From Delftia acidovorans NBRC 14950 (lineage in GTDB: Bacteria > Pseudomonadota > Gammaproteobacteria > Burkholderiales > Burkholderiaceae_C): a stretch of 32,000 bases of DNA. Within the stretch, counting starts at the first letter, position 1; each line of letters starts with the position of its first letter. The notes beneath the pieces were generated by a model that saw only the letters and a list, made by a program, of their open reading frames with translations, was not told where the DNA came from and searched no databases. The DNA is taken from positions 120,001 through 152,000 of the forward strand of contig NZ_BCZP01000011.1 of NCBI RefSeq assembly GCF_001598795.1, read 5' to 3'. Made by a program: the position numbers and the translations under genes. Positions 17,066-25,216 of the stretch are shown piece by piece.

Positions 17066-18462
17066 GACGCCTGGCCTGCGGGAATGTCAGCGCCCAGCAG
17101 CGCCGCCACGGCGCGCGGCTGCGAGGCAAACCAGGCATGGAAATAGCTGGCGTGCACACTGCCCTGGCGGTACAGCGCCTCGCCCCGGTCGGGATGGGCA
17201 TCCTGGCCCGGACGGCTGCTGCGCCCGGCCTCGGCCATGGACGTGTCCAGCCGGCTGTAGTGAAAGGTATGGCCGCGCAACAGGCCCCAGGGCGTGGGCA
17301 GTTGCTGCATGCCCAGGCCGGCCAGGCGCGGCTGCATGCGCGCATGGCCGGGCAACAGGCCCCAGAGGTCCGCGGTCCGGCCCGCAGTGTCGGTCAGTCG
17401 TTCGCACAGCACGAGCATACCGCCGCACTCGGCCCAGACCGGCCGGCCGGCTGCCACGTGGGCGGCAATGTCACCACGCAGCGCGGCATGGGCGGCCAGC
17501 GCGTCCAGGTGCAGTTCCGGATAGCCGCCGGGCAGCCACAGCGCATCGCACTGCGGCAGGCGCTCTGCGGCCAGGGGCGAGAAGAAGGCAATCCGCGCAC
17601 CCATGGAACGCAGGCAGTCGAGGTTGGCCTGGTAGATGAAGCTGAAGGCCGCATCACGCGCCACCGCCACGGTGCGGCCCGCCAGCCAGGGCTGCACGGC
17701 TTCGGCAGGTTCCGGGCACGGTTCAAAGTCCACGGACCAGTCCTGCCAGCTGGCGCCCTGCCCCGGCCCGACCTGCCAGGGCAACTGGCCCAGCGGCGTG
17801 GTCAGCAGCGCATCGGCGGCCACGTCCAGGCGCTGCAGGGCATCGTCCAGCTCATGCGCGGCAACCAGGCCCAGGTGCCGCTCGGGCAGCAGCGAGGTGG
17901 TGCCTGCACCCTGCACCCGCGCCAGCGCGCCCAGCCACAACGAAGGCTCGCGCAGGCCGGCACGCAGCAGGTCGGCATGGTGGGCGCTGCCCACGCGGTT
18001 GGCCAGCAGGCCGGCCCAGCGCAGGCTGGGCCGGTAGTGCTGCAGGCCATGGGCCAGTGCGCCAAAGGTGCCGGCCATGCCCGAGGCGTCGATCACGGCC
18101 AGCACCGGCAGGCCCAGCCGCTCGGCCACATCGGCCGCGCAGGGCGTGCCGTCGAACAGGCCCATGACGCCTTCCACCAGGATGAGGTCGGCCTCGCAGG
18201 CGGCAGCGTGCAGGCGCTCACGCATGTCGGCCTCGCCCGTCATCCACAGATCGACGCTGTGCACGGGCGCACCGCTGGCCAGCTCGTGCCAGTGCGGGTC
18301 CAGGAAGTCAGGGCCGCACTTGAACACGCGCACGCGGCGCCCCTGGCGCGCATGCAGCCGCGCCAGCGCAGCCGTCAGCGTGGTCTTGCCCTGGCCCGAG
18401 GCCGTGGAAGTGATCAGCAGCGCCGGGCAGCGTGCCCCGCCCCGGCCAAGGTCAATATTCAT
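17062..18462 (-). CDS. cobB: Cobyrinate a,c-diamide synthase
   Basis: ATG at 18462 (MNIDLGRGGARCPALLITSTASGQGKTT...). Contains the ATP-binding GQGKTT motif and the GATase nucleophile motif ECGGMLVLC. 466 aa. Confidence 0.88.
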   Translation of the reverse strand: MNIDLGRGGARCPALLITSTASGQGKTTLTAALARLHARQGRRVRVFKCGPDFLDPHWHELASGAPVHSVDLWMTGEADMRERLHAAACEADLILVEGVMGLFDGTPCAADVAERLGLPVLAVIDASGMAGTFGALAHGLQHYRPSLRWAGLLANRVGSAHHADLLRAGLREPSLWLGALARVQGAGTTSLLPERHLGLVAAHELDDALQRLDVAADALLTTPLGQLPWQVGPGQGASWQDWSVDFEPCPEPAEAVQPWLAGRTVAVARDAAFSFIYQANLDCLRSMGARIAFFSPLAAERLPQCDALWLPGGYPELHLDALAAHAALRGDIAAHVAAGRPVWAECGGMLVLCERLTDTAGRTADLWGLLPGHARMQPRLAGLGMQQLPTPWGLLRGHTFHYSRLDTSMAEAGRSSRPGQDAHPDRGEALYRQGSVHASYFHAWFASQPRAVAALLGADIPAGQAS

Positions 18463-18660
18463 GTGTATTTGTTTGCTCCGTGCGACGCTGCCTTGAACCG
18501 GCCGCTCCGCCAACGCGGCGCATTGTAGTGCGCACCCCCGCCGTATCCGCACCCGACCCGCACCGCGCCCGCAACCAATGCTTACGCATTACACCCCGCC
18601 GAAGCAGACGCGTCCTACACATGGCGCTACGATTTTGTGAGACAGTCTGCCGCCTGCGCT

Positions 18661-18689
18661 CGAATACCTGAGCACGGCGCTGACGTCAA
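18661..18689 (-). promoter_or_regulatory. Possible sigma70-like promoter for the cobB operon
   Basis: Minus strand reads TTGACG (18689-18684), a 17-nt spacer, then TATTCG (18666-18661). The -10 element is weak. It would give a leader of about 190 nt. Confidence 0.3.
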
Positions 18690-18778
18690 GCCTTCTAAGC
18701 CCCCCTGCTATCAGGTTTCCTCGGATACTTCCACGGAATGCGCTCACTTCGTTCGCACGTCCTACAATCTCAGCGTCT

Positions 18779-18988
18779 ATGACCTCCCAGACTTCCCTCG
18801 ACCACATTGCAGAGCGCGTGGAGCGCCTGCTGGTTCGCCACGAGGAACTGCAACGCACGAATGCGCTACTCGCCGAACAGGTGGCGGCCCTGACCCAGGA
18901 GCGTGATTTGCTGCGCTCGCGGCTCAACGCCGCACGGGCCCGCGTCGATGCCCTGATCGAGCGCCTGCCCTCCAACCAGGGGGCTTGA
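18779..18988 (+). CDS. Small coiled-coil protein of the type found upstream of zapA (ZapB-like)
   Basis: 69 aa, heptad-rich (LLVRHEELQRTNALLAEQVAALTQERDLLRSRLNAARARVDALIERL). Lies directly upstream of zapA. Confidence 0.75.
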   Translation: MTSQTSLDHIAERVERLLVRHEELQRTNALLAEQVAALTQERDLLRSRLNAARARVDALIERLPSNQGA

Positions 18989-19021
18989 CCCCCTTCGCAA
19001 CCGCCGACGTCCCGAACGCCC

Positions 19022-19423
19022 ATGAAGCAGATCGAAGTGCAAATCCTGCAGCAAAGCTATGTGCTGACCTGCCCCGATGGCCAGGAAGAGCGTCTGCTCG
19101 AGGCCGTGCGCCGTGTGGACACGGCCATGACCCGCATCCGCGACAGCGGCAAGGTCCGCTCGCGCGAGCGCGTGGCCGTGCTGTCCGCGCTGAACATGGC
19201 CTTCGACGTGCTGGACCGCGAAGCGCAGGAAAGCGCCATGGCCACGGCCCAGGCCGAAATGCAGTCCCTGCATGACGAGGTCACTTCGCAGCATGCCGCC
19301 CAATCCATGCCGCCCGAGCCCAGCCCCGAGGAACTGGCCGAGCGCCAGCGCCAGCAGGCCCTTGCCGAGCAACTGGTGCTGCGCCTGGACCAGGCCCTGG
19401 AAAGCGATGCTCGGCTGCTCTGA
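19022..19423 (+). CDS. zapA: Cell division protein ZapA
   Basis: 133 aa. MKQIEVQILQQSYVLTCPDGQEERLLEAVRRVD...RVAVLSALNMAFD matches the ZapA pattern. Followed by 6S RNA, as in many proteobacteria. Confidence 0.88.
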   Translation: MKQIEVQILQQSYVLTCPDGQEERLLEAVRRVDTAMTRIRDSGKVRSRERVAVLSALNMAFDVLDREAQESAMATAQAEMQSLHDEVTSQHAAQSMPPEPSPEELAERQRQQALAEQLVLRLDQALESDARLL

Positions 19424-19446
19424 GCCGCTGCACTCCCCGTCCATCC

Positions 19447-19471
19447 AACGGCCTCTTCGGAGGCCGTTTTC
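19447..19471 (+). terminator. Intrinsic terminator after zapA
   Basis: AACGGCCTC-TTCG-GAGGCCGTT followed by TTTC (a UUCG tetraloop hairpin). Confidence 0.75.
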
Positions 19472-19516
19472 ATGGCATCGGCCATGTCAATGGAAAGCCC
19501 ATGCCGTTCAAAGAAC

Positions 19517-19548
19517 TTGATTGCGGGCCTGCTCAATCGCCGTAGAAT
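19517..19548 (+). promoter_or_regulatory. Putative ssrS promoter
   Basis: -10 element TAGAAT (19543-19548). -35 element TTGCGG (19521-19526, 16-nt spacer) or the overlapping TTGATT. Confidence 0.45.
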
Positions 19549-19552
19549 GGAG

Positions 19553-19735
19553 GCGTCTGCAAACCCGCCGGGCTTTATAGTTCCTTGGACCAATGCTCTA
19601 TGAGCCCGGGCTTGGTACATTGCCATTCGAGCGTGATCGTCTCGCGTTAGATGAACCCAACGTCTGGCTGCCCTTGCCCCCCTGAACCCCGGTTCAGGAT
19701 GACGGCCCGGTGGTCTTTGCAGACACCTGATTCCA
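19553..19735 (+). ncRNA. ssrS: 6S RNA
   Basis: Lies immediately downstream of zapA with its own promoter and terminator. The long closing stem pairs 5' GUCUGCAAACCCGCCGGGC with 3' GCCCGGUGGUCUUUGCAGAC, enclosing about 140 nt with internal bulges. The ends are approximate to within a few nt. Confidence 0.8.
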
Positions 19736-19736
19736 A

Positions 19737-19769
19737 CCCGGCGCACCTCCACGGTGCGCCGGGTTTTTT
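19737..19769 (+). terminator. Intrinsic terminator after 6S RNA
   Basis: CCCGGCGCACC-tccac-GGTGCGCCGGG followed by TTTTTT. Confidence 0.85.
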
Positions 19770-19813
19770 GTTGCCCTCCCCTCCCCGCCCATCCACTACC
19801 GACCTTCTGCCGC

Positions 19814-20632
19814 ATGCCTGACCTGCTGTTTCTCGAACTGGCCCTGCTGGGCCTGTGCTCCGGCTTCCTGGCCGGCTTGCTGGGGGTGGGCGGCGGCATG
19901 GTGCTCGTGCCGTTTCTGACCTACTTCCTCGACAAGCGCGGGGTCGGCCCTGACCTGTCCGTGAAGATGGCGATCGCCACGGCCATGGCCACCATCGTGT
20001 TCACCTCGATCTCCAGCCTGCGCGCCCACCATGGGCGCGGCGCCGTGCGCTGGGACATCGTGCGCAGTCTGGCGCCGGGCATCATCACGGGCTGCCTGCT
20101 CGCCAGCCTGGGCGTTTTCGCGCTGCTGCGCGGCAAGTACCTGGCGCTGTTCTTTGGCGTATTCATCGGCTACATGGCGCTGCGCATGCTGCGCAGCAAC
20201 AGCCAGCCCACGGCCACGCACGCCCTGCCCGGCCCGCTGGGGCTGTACGGCGCGGGTACGGGCCTGGGCTTCATCTCGGGGCTGGTGGGGGCAGGCGGGG
20301 CCTTCATCAGCGTGCCCTTCATGATGCGCTGCTCGGTGCCCATGCACATGGCCGTGGGCACCAGCGCGGCACTGGGGTTTCCGATTGCCGTGGTGAATGC
20401 GGCGGGCCTGATATTCACCGGCGCGGGCGATGCGGGGCGCCCCGAATACTCGCTGGGCTACCTGTGGCTGCCGGCCCTTCTGGCCCTGGCCTGCTGCAGC
20501 GTGCTGACGGCACCGCTGGGGGCACGGGCCGCGCACCGGCTGCCCGTGGGCCAGCTCAAGCGCATCTTTGCCACGCTGCTGTTCGGCCTGGCGGCCTACA
20601 TGCTCTGGAAGGGCTTGAGCGCAGGCGGCTGA
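19814..20632 (+). CDS. TauE/SafE-family anion (sulfite/organosulfonate) exporter
   Basis: ATG at 19814 (MPDLLFLELALLGLCSGFLAGLLGVGGGMVLVPFL). 272-aa polytopic membrane protein with the duplicated GxGGG pattern. Confidence 0.82.
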   Translation: MPDLLFLELALLGLCSGFLAGLLGVGGGMVLVPFLTYFLDKRGVGPDLSVKMAIATAMATIVFTSISSLRAHHGRGAVRWDIVRSLAPGIITGCLLASLGVFALLRGKYLALFFGVFIGYMALRMLRSNSQPTATHALPGPLGLYGAGTGLGFISGLVGAGGAFISVPFMMRCSVPMHMAVGTSAALGFPIAVVNAAGLIFTGAGDAGRPEYSLGYLWLPALLALACCSVLTAPLGARAAHRLPVGQLKRIFATLLFGLAAYMLWKGLSAGG

Positions 20633-23082
20633 GCGCTCGCGGCCTGGGCCATTCTCTGCCGGTAGGCGATGGCACCAATGCCGGCGCGCTGGGCCTGCAG
20701 GCATTCGCCGAACTGCTCGCGCGGCAGGCCAGGCGCGCACAGAAAGCCCTGGAAGTAGTGGCCCTGCATGCGGTGGATGGCCGTCAGCTGCTCGTGCGTT
20801 TCCACGCCCTCGGCCACGATCTCCACGCCCAGCGCCAGACCCAGGCTGATGATGGCGCCCACAATGGCCTGGTCGCCCTCGTCGCTGGGCAGGCCGCGCA
20901 CGAAGCTCTGGTCGATCTTGATCTTGGAGATGGGCAGCTTCTTCAGGTAGGCCAGGTTGGAGTAGCCGGTGCCGAAGTCGTCAATCACCATGCCCACACC
21001 CAGATCGGCGATCTGGCACACGCGCAGCGCCATGTCCTGGGCGTCCTGCAGCAAGATGCTTTCCGTCAGCTCCAGCTCCAGCAGCTGGGGTGTGAGGCCG
21101 TAGCTGCGCAGCAGCTCGGTCACCCGCTCGACAAAGCCTGACTGGCGGAACTCCAGCGCCGACACGTTGACCGAGACCTTGATGGGCATGCCCTGCTGCT
21201 GCCAGCGTGCAGCCTCCTGCACGGCCTGCTCCATGACCCAGGCGCCCAGCGTGACGATGTAGCCCGACTCCTCGGCCAGCGGGATGAAGACACCCGGCGA
21301 GACCACGCCGAATTCGGGATCGGTCCAGCGCAGCAGCGCCTCGGCCGCGACGATGCGGTCGCTGTCTATGTGCACCTGCGGCTGGAAGTAGACCGCCATG
21401 CGGCCATGCTCCAGCGCCTGGCGCATGGCGTGCTCCAGCTTCATGCGCGACAGCAGGCCGGCGCTCATCTGCGGCTGGTAGAAGCTGAAATGGCCCCGGC
21501 CCCGCTCCTTGACGCGGTACATGGCGGTGTCGGCCTGGCGGATCAGTTCATCCAGCGTGAGGCCATCGGCCGGGTACTGGGCCACGCCGATGCTGCACTG
21601 CACGGAGAAACCCAGGCCGTCGAGCAGGAAGGGGCGCTCCATCTCCTGCAGGATGCGCTTGGCCACCGAAGCGGCCAGCTCGGCGTTGCAGCCCTGCAGA
21701 TAGAGCACGAACTCGTCGCCACCCAGGCGGCACAGGATGTCTACGGGCCGCATGCAGTCGCTCAGGCGCTGCGCGACCAGCTTGAGCACGCGGTCGCCGA
21801 ACTGGTGGCCCAGCGAGTCGTTGATGATCTTGAAGCGGTCCAGGTCGATGAACAGGATGCTGAACACCGTGCCGCCTGCGCGCGCGGCTTCGATGGCTGC
21901 ATCCACGCGCTCCGTGAGGTTCAGGCGGTTGGGCAGGCCGGTGAGCGCGTCGCTGTAGGCCAGCTGTTCAATGCGCTGCTGGGCCACGCGCTGCTGCGTG
22001 AGGTCGCGCATGAAGCCGATGCTCTGCACCACGTCGCCCTGCGCGTTGCGCAGCGGCACCCAGGACAGGCGCACGGCGCAGCGCGCGCCGCCGGCCTGGC
22101 GCAGCCACAGGTCGCCCTCCCAGAAGCCGCCCTGGTGCCACTGGATGCGGGCCAGGTCGCCCAGGGTGTCGGCCTGGCCTTCGGCGGCCTCGAACAGCGA
22201 CTCCACCGTGCGCCCCTGCACGGGCATGCCGCCCAGCAGGCGTTCGCAGGCCGGGTTGGTGCGGGCCACATCCATGTAGCCGTCGGCAATGAAGATGCCG
22301 TCCAGGCTGGATTCGAAGACGCGCGCGGCCAGCTCCAGACCCGCCTGGGTCTGGGCCTCGGCCGTGATGTCGCGGAAGGAAAAGATCCGCCCCATGGGCA
22401 GGCCCCGGCGCAGCTGGGGCACGGCGCGGCGCTCCAGGATGCGGCCGTCGCGCAGGTCCAGCACGTCGGCCGCCTCCATCAGGGGCTGGGCCGACAGCAG
22501 CTTCAGCTGGCGCGCATAGGATTCGGCATCGCGCACCTGGCTGGCCAGGTGGTCGAGGATGGCCACGTCGTTGCGGCGCACCAGCAGCGCCTCGGGAATG
22601 CCCCAGAGCGTGGCAAAGCGGTGGTTGAAGGCGCGGATGCGGCCATCGGGATCGCAGACCAGGATGGCGTCGGCCGCGGACTCCAGCGTGGCGCGCAGCT
22701 CGCCCAGCAGGCTCTCGAACTCGGCCTCGTGCAAGGCCTGCTCGCGCCGGTCCAGCATGCTGACCAGCAGCACCTCGCCGTCGAGCGCGCGCACGCGCAT
22801 CTCCACGGGCGCCAGCTGGCCATCGGCGCGGCGCACCTCGGCAATGAACTGGGCTCCGGCCTGCCAGTTGAAGGGATCGCTCCAGAAAGCCTGCTGCTGC
22901 GGCGTGGCGGCCAGCACCTGCACGGGCAGGCCCGGGGCCGCATCGGCCTCATAGCCGGTGACGGATTCGCTGGCGGCGTTGGCGCGCAGCACCTTCAGGG
23001 TGCGCGCATCGATCAGCCACAGGGCCTCCTGCAGTGCATCGAGCAGGCGGGGCCAGGCGCGGTTCAGCGCTTGCTTGTTCAA
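20596..23082 (-). CDS. PAS/PAS-GGDEF-EAL c-di-GMP turnover protein
   Basis: 828 aa. At least two PAS-like segments. I-site RPVD lies five residues before an intact GGDEF. The EAL domain has EALLRW, DDFGTGYS, KIDQSF and EGVET. The start is a TTG (23082) overlapping the upstream TGA (TTGA), so the start is somewhat uncertain. Confidence 0.85.
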   Translation of the reverse strand: MNKQALNRAWPRLLDALQEALWLIDARTLKVLRANAASESVTGYEADAAPGLPVQVLAATPQQQAFWSDPFNWQAGAQFIAEVRRADGQLAPVEMRVRALDGEVLLVSMLDRREQALHEAEFESLLGELRATLESAADAILVCDPDGRIRAFNHRFATLWGIPEALLVRRNDVAILDHLASQVRDAESYARQLKLLSAQPLMEAADVLDLRDGRILERRAVPQLRRGLPMGRIFSFRDITAEAQTQAGLELAARVFESSLDGIFIADGYMDVARTNPACERLLGGMPVQGRTVESLFEAAEGQADTLGDLARIQWHQGGFWEGDLWLRQAGGARCAVRLSWVPLRNAQGDVVQSIGFMRDLTQQRVAQQRIEQLAYSDALTGLPNRLNLTERVDAAIEAARAGGTVFSILFIDLDRFKIINDSLGHQFGDRVLKLVAQRLSDCMRPVDILCRLGGDEFVLYLQGCNAELAASVAKRILQEMERPFLLDGLGFSVQCSIGVAQYPADGLTLDELIRQADTAMYRVKERGRGHFSFYQPQMSAGLLSRMKLEHAMRQALEHGRMAVYFQPQVHIDSDRIVAAEALLRWTDPEFGVVSPGVFIPLAEESGYIVTLGAWVMEQAVQEAARWQQQGMPIKVSVNVSALEFRQSGFVERVTELLRSYGLTPQLLELELTESILLQDAQDMALRVCQIADLGVGMVIDDFGTGYSNLAYLKKLPISKIKIDQSFVRGLPSDEGDQAIVGAIISLGLALGVEIVAEGVETHEQLTAIHRMQGHYFQGFLCAPGLPREQFGECLQAQRAGIGAIAYRQRMAQAASAQPPALKPFQSM

Positions 23083-24425
23083 GACGCCACCTTCGGTGGA
23101 TCCAACTCCACCGCCCGTTCAAAGTAATAGCAGACACGCCGGCGCGGCGACAGGTAGTCCAGCGCATCGCGCGGCAGCTGCGCGGGCGCCACTCCCCGGC
23201 GTATGCCCAGCTCGGGAAACAGCTCCAGCGCCAGCACGGGCGCCTGCGCGGCCGGCACGCCGGCATCGTGCACCATCACCGAGGGCTTGAGCGGGCGTGA
23301 TGCATTCACGGACATGACCATGGCATGGCGCCCGTCGGTCAGCTCCACCACCGAGCCCGGAGGGAACACACCCATCATGCGGATGAAGCCATTGAGCACG
23401 GGCGCGGCGAACTTGTCGCGCAGCCGACTGAACAGCATGGACAGGGCCTCGTGCGGCGTATGCGGCGTCTGTGCATCGCCGGGATTGCACAGGCGATCGT
23501 AGGTGTTGACCAGGGCCAGGATCTGGCCCGTGAGTTCCATGTCTTCGGCCACCAGGCTCAGCGGGAACCCCGTGCCGTCGGCCCATTCATGGTGCTGGGC
23601 GATGGCCGTGGTGACCTGGGCCGACAGGCCCATGCGCATGGCAATGGCCACGGATTCGCCCACATGGCGCTCGTAGCGCTCGCGCAGGGCGTCGGGCACG
23701 GAAGGCTCCAGGGCCAGGCCGTGCATGCCTTCGACACCGGCCACGGGCTTGCCCGCGTCATGCAGCAGCGCCGCCAGACCCAGGTCGCGCAGCAGCGATT
23801 CCTGCAGGCCCAGGGCCCGGCCCAGCAGCAGGCTGAGCACGGTCACGTTGACGGCATGCACGCTCTGGCTGCTGCCCACGCCATCGGACAACAGGTGAAT
23901 GGCCACGTCCTGTGGTCCCGCCAGTTCGGCCAGGCAGCCATCGACCAGGGCCTCGGTGGGCATGCGCGCCTGCTCGGGCGCGCTGGCAATGGTGGTCTCT
24001 ATGGCCACATAGCCGCGCTCCACTTTCTGAAAGCGCGCATTGCAGTCCTCCAGCCGGCCGCGCCAGTCGGGCACGGACAGCAGCAGCGGTGCTGGCGCAG
24101 GTTCGGTGGGTGCAGGCTCGGGTGCCACCACGACGGGCGGCAGCTCCTGCGGCGGCGGGGTGCGCACCTCGGCGGGCCAGGTGTCGCTTTTGTGCGGGAC
24201 ACAGCGCACCACCTCCAGGCCCAGGGATTTCAGGGTCTGGATCTGTGCGCTGGAGGTGATCTTGAAGCTGCTGACCGGAAAGGGATGGTTCAGCCACCCA
24301 ACATCGAGCTGGACAAACATGCCCGGACGGAGGTCTCGGATATCGATGAGGACGGAATGGTTCACGCGCGGCAACGGCCCCGAGGCTGAAGGAATCGGCA
24401 ATATGTAAGCCGATGATTCGGGCAT
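23079..24425 (-). CDS. DUF3391 + HD-GYP domain c-di-GMP phosphodiesterase-like protein
   Basis: ATG at 24425 with GGAG upstream; the track start at 24455 is a TTG. N-terminus DLRPGMFVQLDVGWLNHPFP (DUF3391-like), then a Pro-rich linker, then HDAGK and HHEWADGTGFP (an HD-GYP variant, GFP). Confidence 0.85.
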   Translation of the reverse strand: MPESSAYILPIPSASGPLPRVNHSVLIDIRDLRPGMFVQLDVGWLNHPFPVSSFKITSSAQIQTLKSLGLEVVRCVPHKSDTWPAEVRTPPPQELPPVVVAPEPAPTEPAPAPLLLSVPDWRGRLEDCNARFQKVERGYVAIETTIASAPEQARMPTEALVDGCLAELAGPQDVAIHLLSDGVGSSQSVHAVNVTVLSLLLGRALGLQESLLRDLGLAALLHDAGKPVAGVEGMHGLALEPSVPDALRERYERHVGESVAIAMRMGLSAQVTTAIAQHHEWADGTGFPLSLVAEDMELTGQILALVNTYDRLCNPGDAQTPHTPHEALSMLFSRLRDKFAAPVLNGFIRMMGVFPPGSVVELTDGRHAMVMSVNASRPLKPSVMVHDAGVPAAQAPVLALELFPELGIRRGVAPAQLPRDALDYLSPRRRVCYYFERAVELDPPKVAS

Positions 24426-24494
24426 TATCTCCAGTTCTGAGGGCCTCGCAGCCAATCCGCGACCCCAGGTGCCAAGTCTGGCCTCAGCTGTTGC

Positions 24495-25211
24495 TCAACG
24501 GCACCAGAGGCTGGGCTTGTAGATCAGGTCCATCCACAGCGCCCAGACGGCCACGCCCACCAGCATCAGGCCGGCCAGGCGCGTGCCCCATTCGGCGCGC
24601 AGACCGTTCAGGCGCTGCCGGCCCAGCCGCCACAGCCAGGGACCGGCCACCAGCCACAGGCCGCTGCCCACGCCAAAGGCCGCCATGGCCAGCGCGCCCT
24701 GCAACGGGCCGCCGCTGAGCGCGGCGACCAGCACGGCCGAATACAGCAGTCCGCAAGGCATGAGCGCCCAGGCATAGCCTGCCGCCAGCGTGCCGCCCGG
24801 CGCCGACACCCAGGGCTGCACGCGCCGCCAGGCGGCGCGGCCGGCTGACTCCAGCCAGGCGGGCTGGCGGGCCTGCACCATCATGGCCAGGCCCCAGGCC
24901 ATCACGGCGACATGGGTCAGCGTCCAGAACGGCTGCAGCGCCGTGGTCTGGCTGGTGAGCCAGGACAGGCTCTCCATGGCCAGGGCCGAGGCAGCGCCCA
25001 GGCTGGCATAGCCGGCCAGACGGCCGCCGTGGAACAGCGCCGTGCGCAGCCACAGCCGGCTTTGCAATCCATGCACGGCCACCACCTGCGAGCCGCCGCC
25101 CTGCCCCGCCCCGCCCGTGACCACGCCGCAGGGCGCAGCGCACATGGCAAGGCAATGGGGCCCGCCGACGAGCCCCATGATCAAAGCGGTCCAGAGCAGC
25201 GACAAGAGCAT
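24495..25211 (-). CDS. DsbD_2/TauE-like membrane protein with an HCxxMC motif
   Basis: 238-aa polytopic protein. N-terminus GLVGGPHCLAMCAAPCG. The start lies 5 nt after the hemN stop. Confidence 0.75.
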   Translation of the reverse strand: MLLSLLWTALIMGLVGGPHCLAMCAAPCGVVTGGAGQGGGSQVVAVHGLQSRLWLRTALFHGGRLAGYASLGAASALAMESLSWLTSQTTALQPFWTLTHVAVMAWGLAMMVQARQPAWLESAGRAAWRRVQPWVSAPGGTLAAGYAWALMPCGLLYSAVLVAALSGGPLQGALAMAAFGVGSGLWLVAGPWLWRLGRQRLNGLRAEWGTRLAGLMLVGVAVWALWMDLIYKPSLWCR

Positions 25212-25216
25212 GGGGC

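Noticed and set aside
18480-18660. Plus-strand fragments that vaguely resemble cobalamin-riboswitch pieces (GAACCGGCCGCTCCGCCAACG; GCGCCCGCAACCAATGC; GAGACAGTCTGCC).
   Set aside because: They are on the wrong strand for cobB. They would begin close to the cobB start and point at zapB-like/zapA. The GGGAA, GGUG and GCCACUG elements are missing, and the 'B12 box' has a 3-nt insertion. This is most likely chance similarity in GC-rich DNA, and only a covariance-model search could overturn that.
24426-24455. The N-terminal extension of the HD-GYP gene given in the ORF track.
   Set aside because: The codon at 24455 is a TTG with no Shine-Dalgarno sequence. The ATG at 24425 is preceded by GGAG.
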